Assembly (NCBI GenBank): GCA_031414595.1
Contig: JANNVX010000025.1
Span: forward strand, 1 to 23,831
Source of the DNA: Deinococcales bacterium
GTDB taxonomy: Bacteria; Deinococcota; Deinococci; Deinococcales; JAAFIG01
Direction: 5' to 3'
DNA: 23,831 nt
Position 1 is the first letter of the stretch. Every line of letters begins with the position of its first letter. The translations under genes and the position numbers were made by a program. Shown piece after piece: positions 8,491 to 16,308 of the stretch. Below the pieces are notes generated by a model, which ran no database searches, was not told the DNA's origin, and saw nothing but the letters and a program-made list of their open reading frames with translations.

Positions 8491-9870
8491 TTATTCTGGC
8501 GGTTCGCCCAACAGTGTCTTCGGGTCAAGTTTAGCGCGCCGTGTTTCTTCGATAGGCATTTCAAGCGCCCTTGCCAGCGCATCCGAACGGGTCTGCGGCA
8601 CAAGCACTTGGGTGTGGCTATGAACATTGTCTGACCCCGGAAAACGCCCACCCGCAAAAAGCCAAGCCGCCAAAAGCGTTGCCAGTGGCACAGCCAGAAT
8701 CAACCCAATGCTGCCAATTAGGGCATGAATAATTTCGGTGGCGACCATCTCGAGGTTAATGGCTTGCCGAAAACTCATTTGTCCAAGGGTAAAGACCACC
8801 CAAAGCGGTAAACTCGAGCCAAGGTTTGCCAGCACCAGTGTGTTGATTAAACTGCCGATGTGGTCAAAACCAACACTCATACCGCTCGAGTAGAGTTTCT
8901 GCCAACCCAGATTAGGATTGATATTACTCAGTTCACGCACCACCGCAGCTTGTGCCACGGTGCTGTCCACCAGTGCGCCAAGTGCGCCAATCAGAATGCC
9001 AGCAATAATCAGGGCGCGTAAATTGACATTCACCCCAGCCTGTTGACTCATTTGCAGAATCATTGCCCCTTCTTCTGCTCCTAAACCGGTTAAATGCGCC
9101 AGCGAAGCAAAAAGATTGGCGAGAACCAAAGTAATAATGGCTGCCAGTACAGTTGCAATTAAACTCGAGTGTGCCGTCCAATTGATACCATGTACAAAAT
9201 AAACACTGGCTGCCAGAATTGCAGTCGAACCAAGAATTGCTACCAGCACAGGATTAAACCCATTGCTGATGCCCGGCACGATAGCAAATAAAATCACAGC
9301 TAAAGAAAACCCCATTGCCAAAACCGCCCGAATTCCCTTGCCACGCCCGACAATTGCCGCAATTGCCACAAATAAAATCGCCAGCCACAAAAGCGGCGCA
9401 CGGCGTACATGGTCATTGGCATACAAAATAAATTCGTTCTCTGGTCCTAGCGTTGGAAAAATCTCGAGCCTATCGCCGACCTTAAAGCGCCGTGAATCAT
9501 CTTGCACTTGAACCAATTTACCTGTGCTGAGCCGCGCTTCGAGCAGTTGTGGTTCTCGAGTATCGGCGGGAGTCTCGAGATTTTGTGTAATCACCCCTTC
9601 GACATACGCCGCGTTATCACCAGGCGACAGCCGATAAATGACTGCCCCACTGCTTAAAGTCTGCGCCACCACTTCGACAGTTGCCCCGAGTTTACCCACC
9701 CCAAGGTCATCCACAACATTGACCAGTTTTTTATTCTCGAGCCGAACTTCAAAATCTGTACCACTGCCAACTGCCGCAGGGCGTTCAATCACCCCTTTGA
9801 TGGCGGGTGGCGGTTCGCCTTGGGCAAAGGCAAAACCACAGAGCAACAACAAACAAATCAGTACCCTCAT
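8491..9870 (-). CDS. YibE/F family membrane protein
   Basis: Signal peptide and periplasmic domain, then multiple TMs with 'IG.LGAL.D.TV.QA', 'SGM.VG.DHIGS.INTLVLA', 'N.E.VA.EI...L.GSIGLILAVP'. Confidence 0.9.
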   Translation of the reverse strand: MRVLICLLLLCGFAFAQGEPPPAIKGVIERPAAVGSGTDFEVRLENKKLVNVVDDLGVGKLGATVEVVAQTLSSGAVIYRLSPGDNAAYVEGVITQNLETPADTREPQLLEARLSTGKLVQVQDDSRRFKVGDRLEIFPTLGPENEFILYANDHVRRAPLLWLAILFVAIAAIVGRGKGIRAVLAMGFSLAVILFAIVPGISNGFNPVLVAILGSTAILAASVYFVHGINWTAHSSLIATVLAAIITLVLANLFASLAHLTGLGAEEGAMILQMSQQAGVNVNLRALIIAGILIGALGALVDSTVAQAAVVRELSNINPNLGWQKLYSSGMSVGFDHIGSLINTLVLANLGSSLPLWVVFTLGQMSFRQAINLEMVATEIIHALIGSIGLILAVPLATLLAAWLFAGGRFPGSDNVHSHTQVLVPQTRSDALARALEMPIEETRRAKLDPKTLLGEPPE

Positions 9871-10256
9871 GCGGCTCTCGAGTCACAAGTCTGGCACAAG
9901 CCATACAAGGTCAAATGATGTTCTAAGACTCGGTAGCCATTGGGTAATAATGTGCCGCTAGGCAAATGCACTGGGCAAAAATCAAGTTCAAAAACTTTAT
10001 TGCACCTTTGGCAACGAAAATGATGATGATGATGCGCTCGGCGTACTTCGTAACGGGCTTCTTCCCCGGGCAATTCGACCTCGAGAATATCTTGGTCGTC
10101 ACGCATCCGGTTGACCGCACGGTAGACCGTAGCAAGCCCAAGTGTGTCTAAGTTGGCTCTGGCTCGAGAATATATATCTGGAATTCCCAAAGGTCCTTCG
10201 GCACTGTGAAGCACTGCTAAAATGGTTTCGCGTTGCCGCGTGTTACGGCGATTCAT
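9867..10256 (-). CDS. Fur family metal-responsive transcriptional regulator
   Basis: Motifs 'RNTRQR..IL', 'LGLATVYR', 'HHHHFRC..C', 'H.L..YGLC..C'; ATGA overlap with YibE/F. Confidence 0.93.
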   Translation of the reverse strand: MNRRNTRQRETILAVLHSAEGPLGIPDIYSRARANLDTLGLATVYRAVNRMRDDQDILEVELPGEEARYEVRRAHHHHHFRCQRCNKVFELDFCPVHLPSGTLLPNGYRVLEHHLTLYGLCQTCDSRAA

Positions 10257-10349
10257 GACTGTATTTTAGCGTTTTCAAATGAGGAAAAACCGTCTCGAGC
10301 TTTCGGGCAAGATTTTCAAAGAAACTTCTGTTGATGTTACGATGTTTTT

Positions 10350-11357
10350 ATGACCATTAACGTTGCGATTATCGGCGCTGGAAACATTGCCGCCACCCAT
10401 TACCGAGGCTATGAAAAAGCAGGGGCAAAGCTGATTGGCTTTGTCGAAGTCAACCCAGAATTGCGTGCAAAACGCGAAATTGAGTGGGCTGTGGGTGGCT
10501 ATGCGACTTTTGCCCAATTACTCGAGAAGACCAAGCCCGAGGCGGTTTCGGTCTGTACCCCCAATGCCTTCCATCTGCCTTTGACTTTGGAAGCGATTCA
10601 GAGCGGGGTTCATGTGCTGTGCGAAAAACCTCTAAGTCTAAGTCTCGAGGAATGCAGCCAAATGATTGAGGCTGCCAAAAAAGCAGGTGTGGTGCTGCAA
10701 ACAGGGCATCATCTGCGTTCTAATTGGTATGTCCAACGCGCCAAGCAGATTATTGACAGTGGTGAACTTGGCAAAGTGACCTTTATCCGTTTGCGACAAT
10801 CACACGATTGGGGTGGCTCGGGACGCGTTCCCGATACCTTTAGCACCTATGCTCGGGCTGGCGGCGGAACACTGCTCGATAACGGCTGTCATCTGATGGA
10901 CTTAGCGCGGCACTTAGCTGGCAATGTAAAAAGCCTCTACGCCCAAATTGCCACGCTTGCCTACCCCGTCGAAGTCGAGGACTTGGCATTGGCTCACCTC
11001 GAGTTTGAAAGTGGGGCGCTGGGCAGTGTCGAAAATTCTTGGTCAAGTGTTGGTTTTGAAGAGGGTTTTTGGGTCTACGGCACAAAAGGCACACTCGAGT
11101 GCAGTTTTACAGGCGGAAGCCCACGCGACTTAAAACATTATCACCGCATCAGTAAACCCACGGAATGGGGCGCACGAGACACCACCACCTACAAAGTCGG
11201 CAATGAAGGCGGACATGTTGCCCAAATCGCCAGTTTCCTTGAAGCCAGTAAAAACAACACCCAAGTTATTTGCACCGGCGAAGACGGACGAGAAAGTGTG
11301 CGACTGGTTTTGGCTGCTTACCAAAGCGCCAAGGAAAAAAGGAAGGTGGACTTATGA
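10350..11357 (+). CDS. Gfo/Idh/MocA family oxidoreductase
   Basis: GAGNIA Rossmann motif, 'CTPN..H', 'HVLCEKP', 'GGG.LLDNGCH..D'. Confidence 0.93.
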   Translation: MTINVAIIGAGNIAATHYRGYEKAGAKLIGFVEVNPELRAKREIEWAVGGYATFAQLLEKTKPEAVSVCTPNAFHLPLTLEAIQSGVHVLCEKPLSLSLEECSQMIEAAKKAGVVLQTGHHLRSNWYVQRAKQIIDSGELGKVTFIRLRQSHDWGGSGRVPDTFSTYARAGGGTLLDNGCHLMDLARHLAGNVKSLYAQIATLAYPVEVEDLALAHLEFESGALGSVENSWSSVGFEEGFWVYGTKGTLECSFTGGSPRDLKHYHRISKPTEWGARDTTTYKVGNEGGHVAQIASFLEASKNNTQVICTGEDGRESVRLVLAAYQSAKEKRKVDL

Positions 11358-12319
11358 ACATCTTGATTCTTGGCGGTACAGCTTTTCTTGGACGGCATTT
11401 GGTCACGGCTGCCTTAGAAAAAAACCATCAACTGACCCTTTTTCACCGAGGTAACCGCAATCCTTACCCGAAGCTCGAGAACATACTGGGAAACCGCGAA
11501 ACCGACCTTGGAAAACTGGCGGGACGCAGATGGGATGCCGTCATAGACACCAGTGCTTATGTGCCACGAATTGCAGCTTTAAGCGCTCGGGCTTTAGCCC
11601 ACAGTGTCGGACGCTACTGCTTTATCAGCACCATCAGTGTCTACCAAGAATTTACCCAAGCCCATGACGAAAACGCCCCTGTTGCGATGCTTGAGTCAGA
11701 CACCGAAGAAGTCACAGGGGCAACTTACGGCGCATTAAAAGCCTTGTGCGAAGGCGAAATCGCCCTCGAGTACGGCACAAAAGCCCTTGTCTTGCGCCCC
11801 GGTTTAATCGTTGGCGCTTTTGACCCGTCCGACCGATTCACCTATTGGGTAGACCGAATCGCCAAAGGCGGCAGTGTTCTCGCGCCAAGCGAACCAACCA
11901 ACGGTGTACAATTCATAGATGCTTTGTCGCTGGCTAGGTTTACCATTCACGCCCTCGAGCAGAACTTAACTGGTACTTACAACTTAAACGGTCAAAGCAT
12001 CGAAATGCAGCATCTTTTTGAAACGATTAAACAGGTCAGTCATTCAGAGGCAACCTTCAAATGGGCAAATGAGAACTTTCTCGAGCAGCACAAAGTCAAC
12101 CCTTGGATGGGCGCAGATAGCCTACCCTTATGGATACCTGAACTTGATACAGCCGTGAGCGGCACAATTGTTAAGGCAGCCCTGAGTGCTGGACTAACAT
12201 TTCGTCCATTCGAGGAGACAATAGAAGAAGTTCTCGAGTGGGCAAATTCTCGGGAAAATCACACTTGGCGCAGTGGCATTACTCGAGAACGCGAAGCTGA
12301 GTTGCTGGCACTGCTCTAA
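11354..12319 (+). CDS. NAD-dependent epimerase/dehydratase (extended SDR)
   Basis: ILGGT.FLG, 'FISTISVY', YGALK, 'RPGLIVG..D..DRFTYW'. ATG 11354 overlaps the upstream stop (ATGA). Confidence 0.9.
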   Translation: MNILILGGTAFLGRHLVTAALEKNHQLTLFHRGNRNPYPKLENILGNRETDLGKLAGRRWDAVIDTSAYVPRIAALSARALAHSVGRYCFISTISVYQEFTQAHDENAPVAMLESDTEEVTGATYGALKALCEGEIALEYGTKALVLRPGLIVGAFDPSDRFTYWVDRIAKGGSVLAPSEPTNGVQFIDALSLARFTIHALEQNLTGTYNLNGQSIEMQHLFETIKQVSHSEATFKWANENFLEQHKVNPWMGADSLPLWIPELDTAVSGTIVKAALSAGLTFRPFEETIEEVLEWANSRENHTWRSGITREREAELLALL

Positions 12320-12331
12320 TTTCTCGAGTTG

Positions 12332-12346
12332 CTAGGTTTCCCTAAA
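12332..12346. promoter_or_regulatory. Weaker DtxR/MntR-type box
   Basis: CTAGGTTTCCCTAAA has the same TAGG-N4-CCTA core as the box at 12417. Confidence 0.45.
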
Positions 12347-12377
12347 TTGGGCTGGTATCAGGTTCTTTGTTTAGCAT

Positions 12378-12407
12378 TTGACAATTTGCAGATGCAAGGT
12401 GTAAGTT
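12378..12407 (+). promoter_or_regulatory. Sigma70-type promoter for the MCO-ZIP operon
   Basis: TTGACA at 12378-12383, 18-nt spacer, TAAGTT at 12402-12407. Confidence 0.55.
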
Positions 12408-12416
12408 TTTATTGTA

Positions 12417-12432
12417 TTTAGGTGCGCCTAAA
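12417..12432. promoter_or_regulatory. DtxR/IdeR/MntR-family operator
   Basis: Near-perfect palindrome TTTAGGTGCGCCTAAA just downstream of the predicted -10, matching TTAGG-N4-CCTAA type boxes. Confidence 0.65.
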
Positions 12433-12514
12433 AAAAGATTTGTTGTATACAAACTTTTCAAAGCTCCAAGTGTTGAGTTTAACTCAGCCTTAGCACCTAT
12501 AAAAATGAGGACTC

Positions 12515-13654
12515 ATGCTTAAGAAATTGCTTTCCAGACGCGCAGTCTTACAGGGCGCAGGTGGTTTAGTGGCAGCCACAAGTGCGGCAACACTTTTAAC
12601 TCAAGCCCCAACAAAGGCTCAGTCCATGCCAATGAATCACAGTCCAATGACGGCTGCTAATCATGGTACAAACATGGCAATGGGCAGTGTCAATCCTGCC
12701 ACCAACGGTTTTGACCCAATGCGAATGCTGGTGGATTGGGATTATGGACAAGTCTCCAAAAAGAACGGTCAGACCTTACGAGAATACGAATTTATAGCCG
12801 TTGATAAAGAAATTGAAATTGCCCCCGGTATTAAGTTTCCAGCTTGGACATACAACGGGCGTGTTCCAGGTCCAAGCATTCGCTGTACCGAAGGCGACAG
12901 GTTACGGATTGTCTTTAAGAACGAAGGTTCACACCCACACACGATTCATTTTCATGGGATTCATCCAGCCGAAATGGATGGTACACCGCTCAATCAACCA
13001 ATGGTCAAGCCCGGCGAAGAATTTACTTATGAATTTACCGCCGAGCCTTATGGGTGTCACCTGTACCATTGTCACGCTATACCACTGAAACGCCATATTC
13101 ATAAAGGGATGTACGGTGCGTTTATTGTAGACCCAATTGGTGGCAGACCTGCGGCTCGAGAATTGATGATGATCATGAATGCCTTTGATACCAATTTTGA
13201 TGGTGGTAATGAAGTTTACGCGGTCAATACGGTCGGTTTTGAATTTGCCAACCGCCCGATTCCAATAAAACTGGGCGAACTGGTCAGAATTTACTTAATC
13301 AACGTTCTCGAGTTTGACTTGATCAACAGTTTTCATTTACACGCCAATATGTTTGATTATTACGACCACGGCACGACCCTAAAACCAACACTGAGGCGTG
13401 TGGATACGATCAGTCAAATGCAGGGGCAGCGCGGCATTCTCGAGTTAAAGTACAAATTTGCTGGGCAGTATATGTTTCATCCGCATGTCTCCGAATTTAC
13501 CGAACTGGGTTGGATGGGGCATTTTAATGTCGTCAAACCAGAAGATTACGCAGCCGCCGTCAAAAGCGTTGGTATGGACAGTGCTTGGGACAAAGCTGGT
13601 CTCGAGGGCAGCACCGTCGAGTACAACCCAAGCAAGAATCGGGTGGACGAATGA
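12515..13654 (+). CDS. Tat-exported two-domain multicopper oxidase
   Basis: SRRAVL twin-arginine signal; domain 1 has HTIHFHG and YHCH....RHI..GM; domain 2 has FHLH and FHPH; GAGG RBS. Confidence 0.9.
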   Translation: MLKKLLSRRAVLQGAGGLVAATSAATLLTQAPTKAQSMPMNHSPMTAANHGTNMAMGSVNPATNGFDPMRMLVDWDYGQVSKKNGQTLREYEFIAVDKEIEIAPGIKFPAWTYNGRVPGPSIRCTEGDRLRIVFKNEGSHPHTIHFHGIHPAEMDGTPLNQPMVKPGEEFTYEFTAEPYGCHLYHCHAIPLKRHIHKGMYGAFIVDPIGGRPAARELMMIMNAFDTNFDGGNEVYAVNTVGFEFANRPIPIKLGELVRIYLINVLEFDLINSFHLHANMFDYYDHGTTLKPTLRRVDTISQMQGQRGILELKYKFAGQYMFHPHVSEFTELGWMGHFNVVKPEDYAAAVKSVGMDSAWDKAGLEGSTVEYNPSKNRVDE

Positions 13655-14841
13655 CCGCGCCTGCTGCTCCTAAGAGTTTTACATGGGTTCTAGCCTTAGT
13701 ACCACTTTTACTGCTTGGTGTGGTCTTGGCGTACATTGTTGTAACCGGCGGCGGGATGCGCGAATTGGCAGGACCACCTGTTGAAAGCCTAAAAATCGAA
13801 CGGGTCACTTTACCTGCCCCTGACCTAATCAAAATACAAGTGATTAACGATGGACCCGCCGAAATTACCATTCCACAAGTTCTGGTAGACGATGCTTTTT
13901 GGCAATTTAGTGTTACCCCAAGCACCACCATTCCCCGTTTAGGACGTGCTACCTATACTCTGGCGTACCCGTGGGTTGCCGAAGAAGCCCATGCCATACA
14001 GCTAATCTCGAGCCTAGGGACTGTTTTTGCAGCAGAGATACCTGTAGCCATTCAAAGCCCCGTGTTTGATTGGAGCTTATTTTTACGCTTTGCCTTAATT
14101 GGGTTTTATGTTGGAGTCATTCCGGTTGGACTTGGAATGCTCTGGTATCCTTGGATGCGAAATTTAAGCCGTAACGCCATGAATTTTATCTTAAGTTTAA
14201 CCATTGGTTTACTGGCGTATTTAGCTGTAGGCACTTACCTTGATGCCCTCGAGTTTGCGGCTGAGTTACCAGCCTTTTGGCAAGGCACACCTCTGGTTTT
14301 GCTGATTGCGGCACTTTCTTTGGGGATTTTACTGGCACTGACCAATAAACCAAAAAAAGCCGTGTTAAATAACGACGAACCAGACACACTGGGTTTATCG
14401 TACCGAATTGCTTTGGGTATTGGTTTACATAACCTTGGCGAAGGGTTAGCCATTGGTGCGGCATTTGCACTTGGCGAAGCTGCTTTGGGAACATTTTTAG
14501 TGATTGGTTTTACGCTGCATAACATCACTGAAGGCGTGGGGATAGCTGCGCCAGTCGTTCGTAAAAATCCAGGTTGGAAGCACTGGATTCAACTTGCTTT
14601 ACTAGCAGGTTTTCCTGCTGTAATTGGCGTTTGGGTTGGTGGCTTTGCCTTTAATCCAATTCTTGCCACTATTTTTCTAGCCATTGGTATTGGTGCAATT
14701 GTCCAAGTTATCTGGGAAGTTGGGCGTTTAGTGGCAAAAGACACGGCAAAAATCGGTTTGCCTTTGGTCAATTGGACCAATCTGGCTGGGGTTTTTACAG
14801 GTGTGGCAATCATGTATTTTACTGCGTTTATGGTCAAATAG
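13651..14841 (+). CDS. ZIP (ZupT/GufA-like) metal transporter with an N-terminal extracytoplasmic domain
   Basis: ATGA overlap with the MCO; two signature helices GLHNLGEGLAIG and TLHNITEG; TM anchor, then a ~110-aa beta-rich domain, then ~8 TMs. Confidence 0.88.
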   Translation: MTAPAAPKSFTWVLALVPLLLLGVVLAYIVVTGGGMRELAGPPVESLKIERVTLPAPDLIKIQVINDGPAEITIPQVLVDDAFWQFSVTPSTTIPRLGRATYTLAYPWVAEEAHAIQLISSLGTVFAAEIPVAIQSPVFDWSLFLRFALIGFYVGVIPVGLGMLWYPWMRNLSRNAMNFILSLTIGLLAYLAVGTYLDALEFAAELPAFWQGTPLVLLIAALSLGILLALTNKPKKAVLNNDEPDTLGLSYRIALGIGLHNLGEGLAIGAAFALGEAALGTFLVIGFTLHNITEGVGIAAPVVRKNPGWKHWIQLALLAGFPAVIGVWVGGFAFNPILATIFLAIGIGAIVQVIWEVGRLVAKDTAKIGLPLVNWTNLAGVFTGVAIMYFTAFMVK

Positions 14842-15000
14842 TAAACAAACCTCATGCCTAAAGGCAGAGGCTTTATCCTTGAAAGGAGGAAACAGAATCA
14901 TGTTCCACACCAACTCTCGAGATGTTCGGCTGGTTTACAGCAGCCCTGCTAATGTTCTTAGCAGCGTTAAGGTCAGCATTGGCAACGAATCCACACGCCA
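14821..15000 (-). ncRNA. Putative TnpB omega/reRNA (5' end uncertain; guide predicted from flank 14840-14821)
   Basis: Inferred from known TnpB biology: the scaffold overlaps the tnpB 3' end and right-end hairpin, and the guide is the sequence following TTAC. Confidence 0.5.
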
Positions 15001-16128
15001 GACACTTAAATTCGGATTGAGACTTCCGATTGTCTTTAGAACAATGCCCACACTTAGAACACGTTCTCGAGGTATTGCGAGGGTCAACCAGTTTGACAGG
15101 CACACCAGCAATAGCGGCTTTGTACTCTACAAATGTTTTGAGTTGATTAAACGCCCAAGAGTGGTGAACTCGTCGTTGTGCCTTTCTAACAGTAATCCGC
15201 ATTCTGATACCACTCAAATCTTCCAGAGCAATACCCCGCTTCGTGTCTTTGGCTCGAGTTACCAATTCTTTGGCAATACGATGGTTTTCTTGTTTAGCAA
15301 ATCGTTGTTCTCTAAGGCTTCGTTTTTTCAACAATCGTTTAGCGCTCTTAGTACCAATACTTTGCAGTTTACTTCTCAGTTCAGCATGGCGTTTTCTCAA
15401 GGCATTGACTTGTTTCCCACTGTACGAATGCCCATCAGAATCGGAGGCAATTTGAACTATCCCAAGGTCAACTCCAAGGTACTCGGTGACATCCAACTCA
15501 GGGTCATTGGGCATTTCAACCACAACGCACAAGTAAAACTTATTACCCGTGTGGAGCAAGTCGGCTTGACCTCTAACCCGATTCAAACGAGTGGCTTGAT
15601 ACCCTCCAAGAATAACAGAGATGGTTTCACGCCCCTCGAGTACCGAGAGACTGACTGCTTCGAGTCCTCGCCAAGCAAGGTTTCTTTGGTCGTAGGCAAT
15701 CGCTCCAAGTGGCTTAAAAGTTCGTTCGGTTTTCTTGTCGAGCTTGTAGGCTTCAACGACTTTACCTATCGCACGAACAGCCATTTGACTCGAGAGTCCA
15801 AATTGTTCACGCACAGCGTAGTAACAAAGTTTGTGCAAACCAACTTGTCCAAACTTGCGTTCAGTAAAAGCAATTTGGCTGATGTAATCACAAGCTGCAT
15901 TGAATCGTTCCATTGTGGCAAGCAACTTCTTGGCTTGCTCGGCAGTTGGATTCAATTTAACTTTCAGGGTTATCAACACATAAGAATTGTATCACAATTG
16001 AGTATAATCATCAATGAATTGAGTTCGACTAAGTGGCTTTTCGCGGTATCTACGATACCGTTTGCAGCCTACGGCTGGACTCCTTACCTCCCCACAGATA
16101 AATCTAGGGGTTTCGCGGAGTCTTTCTG
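14841..16128 (-). mobile_element. IS200/IS605-family tnpB-only (IS1341-like) element
   Basis: Left end: TCAT target, then GAAA guide and CCCCTAGA-TTTA-TCTGTGGGG hairpin (16090-16114). Right end: AAAG guide and CCTCTGCC-TTTA-GGCATGAGG hairpin (14850-14874), ending in TTAC. No tnpA, no terminal inverted repeats, no target-site duplication. Confidence 0.85.
14873..15979 (-). CDS. tnpB: RNA-guided endonuclease TnpB
   Basis: N-terminal 'KLNPT.EQ..L'; RuvC-I GVDLG, RuvC-II IALEDL, zinc finger TSRTCSKCG...CLACG, RuvC-III NADLNAAKNI. Confidence 0.95.
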   Translation of the reverse strand: MLITLKVKLNPTAEQAKKLLATMERFNAACDYISQIAFTERKFGQVGLHKLCYYAVREQFGLSSQMAVRAIGKVVEAYKLDKKTERTFKPLGAIAYDQRNLAWRGLEAVSLSVLEGRETISVILGGYQATRLNRVRGQADLLHTGNKFYLCVVVEMPNDPELDVTEYLGVDLGIVQIASDSDGHSYSGKQVNALRKRHAELRSKLQSIGTKSAKRLLKKRSLREQRFAKQENHRIAKELVTRAKDTKRGIALEDLSGIRMRITVRKAQRRVHHSWAFNQLKTFVEYKAAIAGVPVKLVDPRNTSRTCSKCGHCSKDNRKSQSEFKCLACGFVANADLNAAKNISRAAVNQPNISRVGVEHDSVSSFQG

Positions 16129-16308
16129 ATGAAAAGTGGTGTCAATTTTCGTCAATACGGTTAAACGTCATGTTGAATTGTAGGCAAGAGTAAATCAATG
16201 AAATATTGAAGCTCAAGGTTTCAGTAAAATTAACCTTTGACCTTTCCCCTGCTTTTGGGTAGCCTTGGCAACCTCATTGCACCTTGATTCCAGCCTAGAA
16301 TACGCCTC

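Noticed and set aside
11270-13650. Longer starts in the ORF track (11270, 13585; likewise 7149, 18605, 4947)
   Set aside because: Downstream starts that overlap the previous stop codon (ATGA/GTGA) or have a clear RBS fit better.
14801-16129. 442-aa plus-strand ORF
   Set aside because: It is the antisense shadow of tnpB, which is common in these elements. It is Ser/Phe-rich with no recognisable motifs and no Y1 transposase HUH signature.
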